Notes under the pieces: model-generated | Seen by the model: only the letters and a program-made list of their open reading frames with translations | Databases searched by the model: none | What the model was told of the DNA's origin: nothing | Shown: positions 57,660-64,000 of the stretch, one piece after another | How the letters are laid out: each line of letters starts with the position of its first letter | Position numbering within the stretch: the stretch's first letter is position 1 | Made by a program: the position numbers and the translations under genes | Origin: a virus | IMG/VR virus record: IMGVR_UViG_2757320370_000007 | Coordinates: 9,719 to 73,718 of that record | Direction: 5' to 3' (one strand) | Length of the DNA stretch: 64,000 nt

Positions 57660-59021
57660 ATTATACCTCCTCTTGATTTTTCTTTTTCTTATTTGCTCGA
57701 CCTTTAGCTAAGTTGGCAGCCAATGCAGCTCTGCGTTCATCGCTCATAACACGTTTACTGTCACTTTTCTTACGGAAGGACACTTGTTCATATCCAACTT
57801 TATAGTATGAATTCCCTTCAGAATCTGTCTTATAAGGCTCGAAGCCAGCCTTAGACATCTTATTCATAACCTTGCTTGAGGCAGAGTAGATATCCCACTG
57901 ATCATCTGCATCCGAAATTCTAATCACCGTTTCACGCTCTTCTGCTAATGCCATTGTTATTTCCCACTTTCATATATATTTTTTTCGTAATAGTTTTAAT
58001 TCAAATCTTTTAGCATTCTTATAGTTTGTGGATGTCCAACTACCATGTCACCCATTATAAAAACGTCCTTTTTAGGAATATGAATATATCCATACCGTTT
58101 CATCCATTTTTTGTTTATGCGTTTCGATTTATGCGTTTTTGCCTGTTTCTTATCAACCATATGTATATTTTCAACAAATTTAAATCCAAGCAATGCTTCA
58201 CCTTCTTCTTGTAAAATGATGATTTCATACACTCAAATATAATAATCAACTTGTCTAAGCTCACTAAAAAAATACTCTCTCATCATTTCTTTGTCCTCAC
58301 CAAACTTTTCCAATTCCTTTTCAATATATTGTTGTGCGAGTTTTTCTAGGGTGAAGACACCTTTAACTTCGCTGTGAGTTGTGTCTGTTTGGTAATATAC
58401 TAAAGTAACATATTGCATATTGTCTCCTTCCCTGATGAATTATCAATTCTATTCTGCCTATTCATTTTTTCTCCATTCCTTAATCCATCCTTTTAGTCCT
58501 TTTGAGGAATAAGAAATCTCACCCCCGAATAATCCAATCCATACTAATGCGAAACCAACACAAGAGGTGCAGTACATATATGCATAAGCAAATCCTCCAG
58601 TCATTTCAATTGACGTATCTGGAAAGAAAATAGCAAACACCAGGAACGGAACAGCTAACAAATAAACGAACAAATGATTTAGAATATGTTTTATCAACTA
58701 TTTAATCTCCTTTACTTCAGCTTCAATTTCTTCATCTTCATTCACAACTTTAATTGTTATACCGTTCGTAACCTTCTCCCACTCCTTAGAGTCGAATCCT
58801 CTAGATTTAACTCGTACCTTTCCATAGCCTTCAATAAATGTATCATTTCTACTTACAAGCCCTGCTCGTTGAATGGCTAGATTTTCTGCGTGGCCCTCAA
58901 TTGTTTTACAGTCAAAAAAGCAGTCACTGAAATTATCCATCCACTCTTCATTAATAATATCTTCGTCTATTTCAACTATATATGTATTGGTTGTCACTAC
59001 TTCACATTTAAAATATTTCAT

Positions 59022-59723
59022 TTATAAATCCTTTCTCTTCTCGCTGATGTATTTTTTGAAATCTGTCTCTAGCCACTTTGTTATCCGCTGATATCTATTT
59101 ACATCATAATAGCAATTATTTTCGTTGTACCATTCAGTATAGTCGCTGATATTTTTCTCACTATTACAATAAAAACATGACGGAATACAGTTACTCAGAT
59201 CATTTGCTCCAAGATTAATTGCATGCTCTCTGGCAAAATCCTTCTTTATCCTTTTTCTATGTATTTCAATAGGCATGCCACAGTAAGCGCAACAATAATC
59301 AAAATATTCTTTGCATTTATTCCATTCTTCATTTTTAATATCGTGCTTTTTATTTTCTCTATTTAACATATATAATCTAGCCTTCATTTTTCCATTTTGA
59401 GAATTTTGCCAGAGTTTTTGATATTCAGCCCTCATTTCTTTATGTTGCCTTGAATAATCTCTTTCTCTTTTTCTAATTTGTTCCCCTTTTTCTATTCTTC
59501 TGTCTTGATGATACTTCTTCAGTTTTTGATCTCCCTCGTTATAATTTTTCTTTTGAAATTCCTTTCTGCTTTCAATAAAACAAGTCTTACACCATGAAGT
59601 TAACTTCAATTCATTGATGTTTTTCTTTTTGTTTCTATTGATTAACTTATAGAAATAATCAATTGATGCTGGGTATGAATTCTTGCATTTCGTGCATTTT
59701 CTTAATTCTTCAATCAAAATCAA
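59022..59723 (-). CDS. HNH endonuclease (free-standing, homing-like)
   Basis: CAYCG..REH..NCIPSCFYCNSEK plus N-terminal CxxC pairs. Confidence 0.8.
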   Translation of the reverse strand: MILIEELRKCTKCKNSYPASIDYFYKLINRNKKKNINELKLTSWCKTCFIESRKEFQKKNYNEGDQKLKKYHQDRRIEKGEQIRKRERDYSRQHKEMRAEYQKLWQNSQNGKMKARLYMLNRENKKHDIKNEEWNKCKEYFDYCCAYCGMPIEIHRKRIKKDFAREHAINLGANDLSNCIPSCFYCNSEKNISDYTEWYNENNCYYDVNRYQRITKWLETDFKKYISEKRKDL

Positions 59724-60878
59724 TTATCCTTTCTTAATTACTCTCAATATATTTCTTGACTTCCTCATATGTATGGAACATACATCCCGAATCCTGTACA
59801 ATTTCTTCGCCTTCTGCATCCAAATAATCGAAATCCACATCCCAAACTTGATGTTTTTTCATTAAGTCAACCAATTCCGGTCTTTTAATCTCATGGCCTT
59901 CTTTAATCAGTTTATCTTTGTAATACAATCCTTCCCAATCATCCAAACTTACAATGATAAATTTATTTTTCATAAACATCGATCCGTTTCTGTAGTTTAT
60001 TTTTACTACGCTGTTTCTTAGTCCGATTCTGAATTTTTTGCAAACGATGAATCTCATGTTGTATATCTACCGTTTCTCCCACACCTTTTAGTGCGCGCGC
60101 AATAGCTTTTCCTCCAGACTCAAATCTGTATGCCATATTATTAAAATTATCAAATAATTCATTCATATTTTTATTTGTCACAGGGATAGTGCTAATTTCT
60201 TTCTTACTAAATAGATTAAAAATGTTAAACTTCATTACAATCATCTCCTTTAATAATATTTATTTTTATAATACTCCTTACCTGAAACTTCTCTGTATGT
60301 TGCCTTGCCACATTTCAAACATCTGCTAAGTGTTTCTGACTCAAAAACCTCTTCACCGCAGCTCACGCATTTGTCTGAGTCAAAACCAATTTCATTATCA
60401 ATATTCAATCTTTCACCTCTTTGAAGGAAATGCGGAATTTATCAAATTAAATCTCTTTATAAACCGCTCTAAATCTCTTACCATGCTGAATTACATTATC
60501 AAATTCATCTTCTGTTTCAATTCTTTTTGTATGACGGATGATTTCGCTTGGAGGATATGGAAATTCATATGGTGAATAAACAAACACCTCTGTTGATCCC
60601 CTCCATGAAATAAATTCAAGGCCATTATAGCCTCTCCAGAATACTTCTGATTTCATTTATTGCTCATCTCTCCTCTTTTTCTTCACTTCTTTAATCAATG
60701 TCCAACCATAGTTTGATCAAAACTCTTCTATTTCGTATCTATTTAGAGCAACTTCAACAGTCTCCTTGAAATCTTTTGCCTTATCTCTTAATTCCATTAG
60801 CTCATGATAACTGCAATCATTGTCTTGAAAGAAAATACATAGTTCTTGAAATCTTTCGAAATTGAATGTCATAAAATA

Positions 60879-61415
60879 TCACTTCCAATCTAATAGGATA
60901 TCTTTCACCTCTAACCAATTGTTTACACGATAAAATCTGTCTTCATCTCTGTTGTGTGGAGCATCAAACAATATTTTATTCCCACTAAACGACTCTAAAT
61001 TTGCTGGCTTGTCGTCTATTAAGTATTCTGCTGCAATAATTGACTTATCTCTTGTGAATACGAATTTGTCGGGTGCTAGAAATGGGAAGTGTTTAAGCAA
61101 CCAATTATGCTTTGGAACCACATTATTAATGTTAAATGGCGATGTAACAACATAGATGTCATATGTATTATTTAGTTCTTGTAAAACATCTTGACTATCT
61201 TTGATTACAGGAAGATTGGCAAACAGTTCTGGGTCGTCCATATAATCATATATCTTCTTGTTACATTCGGGCTTTGTGATATGGCACCAATTCCAAGCGT
61301 TGATTTCTTCGGGAGTTAATGTGTCATTGTAATCATTGTTATATCTTCTTACCCACTCAACCACCAAATCAGCAATTACATTATCCTGGTCTACTGCAAT
61401 TCGTTTTTTAGCCAA
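60879..61415 (-). CDS. 5'(3')-deoxyribonucleotidase (HAD, YorS-like)
   Basis: AVDQDNVIAD, K..WL..HFPF, LIDDKP.NL. Confidence 0.9.
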   Translation of the reverse strand: MAKKRIAVDQDNVIADLVVEWVRRYNNDYNDTLTPEEINAWNWCHITKPECNKKIYDYMDDPELFANLPVIKDSQDVLQELNNTYDIYVVTSPFNINNVVPKHNWLLKHFPFLAPDKFVFTRDKSIIAAEYLIDDKPANLESFSGNKILFDAPHNRDEDRFYRVNNWLEVKDILLDWK

Positions 61416-61737
61416 AATCCTTCACCTTCTCTGAGTCGATCTCAACGGCTTGAGCAAACATAGATCTACACATAATGTGAGAGAGATGTTCGTCGCTCTT
61501 ATCGCCAGCTAGATAGGCATAGGCGTGAATAATAAGATGATTGAGATGTTCTTCGATAGGGATGTCTCGCCAATTGTCTGCTCCATATTTATCTGCCCCA
61601 TACTTTAGAACTTTCGTCATTTCGAACATAGCTAGAGGATCTAACAAATCAAATCTGTACAATACTTCTGACTGCTTACCTCCGAATTCATTTGTTACGG
61701 TTGGCGCATCCTTTCCTACTCCATCCACCTTCTTCAT
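61408..61737 (-). CDS. dATP/dGTP diphosphohydrolase domain (DUF5664-like)
   Basis: RFDLL..VLKYGADKYGADNWR..HLSH. Confidence 0.75.
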   Translation of the reverse strand: MKKVDGVGKDAPTVTNEFGGKQSEVLYRFDLLDPLAMFEMTKVLKYGADKYGADNWRDIPIEEHLNHLIIHAYAYLAGDKSDEHLSHIMCRSMFAQAVEIDSEKVKDFG

Positions 61738-62252
61738 TAGTCCACTTCCTTTTTAATTATTTGAACATGCAGATTTTGTCTGCCAAAATCTAAAGCACGA
61801 TCTAAATCCTCAATATAGATATCTAACTTACCTTCAGTAATCGCAGAGCCTCTATCGCTACAAACATATGTATTATCAAGTTCTTTTATTTTCACCCCTG
61901 TTCCAAATTCCATTGATTTGGGGCAAGCGATAGAACTACCTTCAACGGTACGCTTGCCGTTAGCCTGAATCCCATATCCTTTTTCGCCTTTGTGTTTTTG
62001 CGTAGATTCGTAACCATTGGTATAGGCACTCACGCTGTAGATTTCCCATTTTCCTTCTGTCTTTACGATGGATTTTGGTTGAACCTTCGCAGCTTCCTTC
62101 TCATTTTCAGTCTCAACAGTTTGAACAATTTTCCTCTCAATTGGAATAGTGTTATTTGATTCTCTAATTTCATTTGCATTTTGAATGTTTGAATGACTCA
62201 ATGCAAAAGCGAACATCAGAGACAGAATGATCTCTAGCATCAGAACCTCCAC
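61737..62252 (-). CDS. Secreted 3D-domain protein (YorM-like)
   Basis: Signal-like N-terminus, SAYT, DRGSAI..LDIY..FGRQ. Confidence 0.8.
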   Translation of the reverse strand: MEVLMLEIILSLMFAFALSHSNIQNANEIRESNNTIPIERKIVQTVETENEKEAAKVQPKSIVKTEGKWEIYSVSAYTNGYESTQKHKGEKGYGIQANGKRTVEGSSIACPKSMEFGTGVKIKELDNTYVCSDRGSAITEGKLDIYIEDLDRALDFGRQNLHVQIIKKEVD

Positions 62253-62261
62253 ATTTTAGAT

Positions 62262-62289
62262 ATAGCCCCACATTTTTTTGTGAGGCTAT
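62262..62289. other. Intergenic hairpin
   Basis: ATAGCCCCACA-ttttt-TGTGAGGCTAT. Confidence 0.55.
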
Positions 62290-62506
62290 GTATTTTTATT
62301 ATTAAAAAACTAACTATTGTTGTTCTACTTTAAACCAAACTCCAATAGAACTACCTTTACGCATTGACTCTGCGTGAATGTACGCCGCATCATATGTATC
62401 AAACTCCAAAGTCTTCTCGTGGCTACAAGCATATCCCGCAAATTTTTCTCCACCATACACTTTTACTTTATACAACTCAATCACCCCTTTAGTCTTTAAA
62501 ATCATA

Positions 62507-62549
62507 TCTATATGTAGTATTTAATAATTATTTTAACACTACATATAGA
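62507..62549. other. 12-bp inverted repeat
   Basis: TCTATATGTAGT...ACTACATATAGA. Confidence 0.55.
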
Positions 62550-62589
62550 CAATAAATCATGATCAAATCTGTCTTTTATGAGGTCTTAA

Positions 62590-63588
62590 TTATTCTTTGA
62601 TTTCTTCTGACTTATTGACTTCATCTTTCAGAGCATCAAGAACTACAGCCATAACCTCAACTTGTCCCTTTGCAAAATCAGTTACTTTTTTACCTTTTCC
62701 TAATTTCCCCTCAATAATTTCGTTTACAATTGTACCCTTGTCTTCACTGTGAAGTTTTTTACCAAGCTTAATAATTTCTGCTCTCAGTTTGTCATAGTCA
62801 AGATCTTCGGATTCTAATGTTTTCTGTTGCTCCTTATATGACACAGCCTTGATTCCTTCAGCTTTTTCTTGATCCTCTACAGCTTTAGAAATCGCTGCCT
62901 CTAATGCTTCTGCTGTGAATTCAGGAAGCGAAGTGACAAGATAATCGAAACGACTTCTTGCAAAGAATTCAGGCGTTTCAGCCATATATGCCGATGACTT
63001 AATTACGCTACCTTTTTCATCAACACCATTAGAACGAAGGTGGACAATAATATCTGAATTGTCAACCACAGGAGCAATGGCTCTCTTATCTCCTTTTGGG
63101 TACGCTCTACCTGTATCATCAACCACTTGATGAGCGATAAAGATAACGGTGAAGCCAGAGCTAACCATTTTATCGATTTCTTCCCAAAATGCCGTACTAT
63201 ACTCGCTCCATAACCCATAGCCTTTATTACCTGAAGCGATAGAATCAGCTTCATACTTGTCACACACATACTTAGTGCAGTAACGAGCTGCGGTTTCTAC
63301 TTCGTCTAGGATGATTGTCTTGTACATTTCTTTCGCCTTGCCAATTGTCGCCTTGCCTGTAATTTGTTTATTGACTTTAATGAAATCCGACCAACTATTG
63401 ATTGGAGCAAAAGGAACACCAGCGATAGCGTTTAATCCTTTTTCAAATGCTAGATAGAATGGCTTTGGAAACCGAGTCGATTGCTTTGTCTTCCCGAGTG
63501 CGTTTCCTCCATAAACGAGAATAACCTTTCCTTCTGTGCCTTTTGCTACTACGGAAACCTGTGGGTTAAAAATATCTAATGATGACAT
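62590..63588 (-). CDS. AAA/Sak4-like ATPase (YorG-like)
   Basis: YGGNALGKT Walker A, IILDE, FIAH, ARSRF. Confidence 0.8.
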   Translation of the reverse strand: MSSLDIFNPQVSVVAKGTEGKVILVYGGNALGKTKQSTRFPKPFYLAFEKGLNAIAGVPFAPINSWSDFIKVNKQITGKATIGKAKEMYKTIILDEVETAARYCTKYVCDKYEADSIASGNKGYGLWSEYSTAFWEEIDKMVSSGFTVIFIAHQVVDDTGRAYPKGDKRAIAPVVDNSDIIVHLRSNGVDEKGSVIKSSAYMAETPEFFARSRFDYLVTSLPEFTAEALEAAISKAVEDQEKAEGIKAVSYKEQQKTLESEDLDYDKLRAEIIKLGKKLHSEDKGTIVNEIIEGKLGKGKKVTDFAKGQVEVMAVVLDALKDEVNKSEEIKE

Positions 63589-63701
63589 ATGTATAAAATC
63601 TCTCCCTATAATTGATTTATTTTTTAATGGTGAGTGGTAGTTTTTATTAACCGACCACCACTCGATTTAATATTATTTTATATATTTTTACTATGTATTA
63701 C

Positions 63702-64000
63702 TCAGAATGGCAAATCTTCATCCGAAATATCTAGAGGCTTCCCGTTATTAAATGGATTTTCTTTTTTGTGTGCATCTGGCGCAAAAGGATCTTCTTTTGG
63801 ATTAACAACATGAGAATTTGACCCAAATCCAGCATTATTCGAGGATCCAGCGTTTCCATTTTTCTTTTCCTCTTTTTTCTTTTCAATTGCTACGTCACGC
63901 TTTTTAAGAGCTTCACGAATAAGTACAATGTCGTAGGCGTTTTTATCATCTTCATCATACGGTGGTGTTCCGCCTACGATAATATACTCACGAACCTCTT
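63702..64000 (-). CDS. C-terminus of an SSB-like protein (partial; not in ORF track)
   Basis: Gly/Asn-rich linker ending PLDISDEDLPF*. Confidence 0.75.
   Translation of the reverse strand, partial: EVREYIIVGGTPPYDEDDKNAYDIVLIREALKKRDVAIEKKKEEKKNGNAGSSNNAGFGSNSHVVNPKEDPFAPDAHKKENPFNNGKPLDISDEDLPF

Noticed and set aside
61408-61737. Z-genome or modified-base pathway suggested by the DUF5664-like gene
   Set aside because: No purZ or other base-modification enzymes are recognisable in the window.

Overview
This 64 kb window is AT-rich and almost entirely coded on the minus strand. It looks like the early/replication arm of a large SPbeta-like temperate phage or prophage of a spore-forming Bacillales host (Paenibacillus-like; inferred). 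The core genes are an SSB-like protein (partial), an AAA/Sak4-like ATPase, DnaB-like helicase, primase, RecJ, nrdDG plus nrdIEF, thyX and several nucleotide hydrolases. More than 100 small accessory ORFs separate them, including anti-defence candidates (Acb2/Tad1-like, Gam-like, macrodomain). Main novel signal: an 18-bp palindrome RTVAAA-N6-TTTBAY found by eye about 46 times, nearly always at accessory-gene junctions between one gene's stop and the next gene's RBS, and often supplying the stop codon. I did not see it inside the core nrd or helicase/primase blocks. Four copies are followed exactly 17 bp away by a second palindrome. This architecture suggests an integron-like, recombinase-driven gene-cassette array in a phage (inference; no recombinase gene is in the window). 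Other highlights: recJ is interrupted by a 10-nt gap with matching GAT take-off and landing codons (candidate translational bypass); two genes appear to start at ATT; an 8-copy operator overlaps sigma-A-type promoters; one gene has a LexA box. All calls are by eye and no database searches were run.
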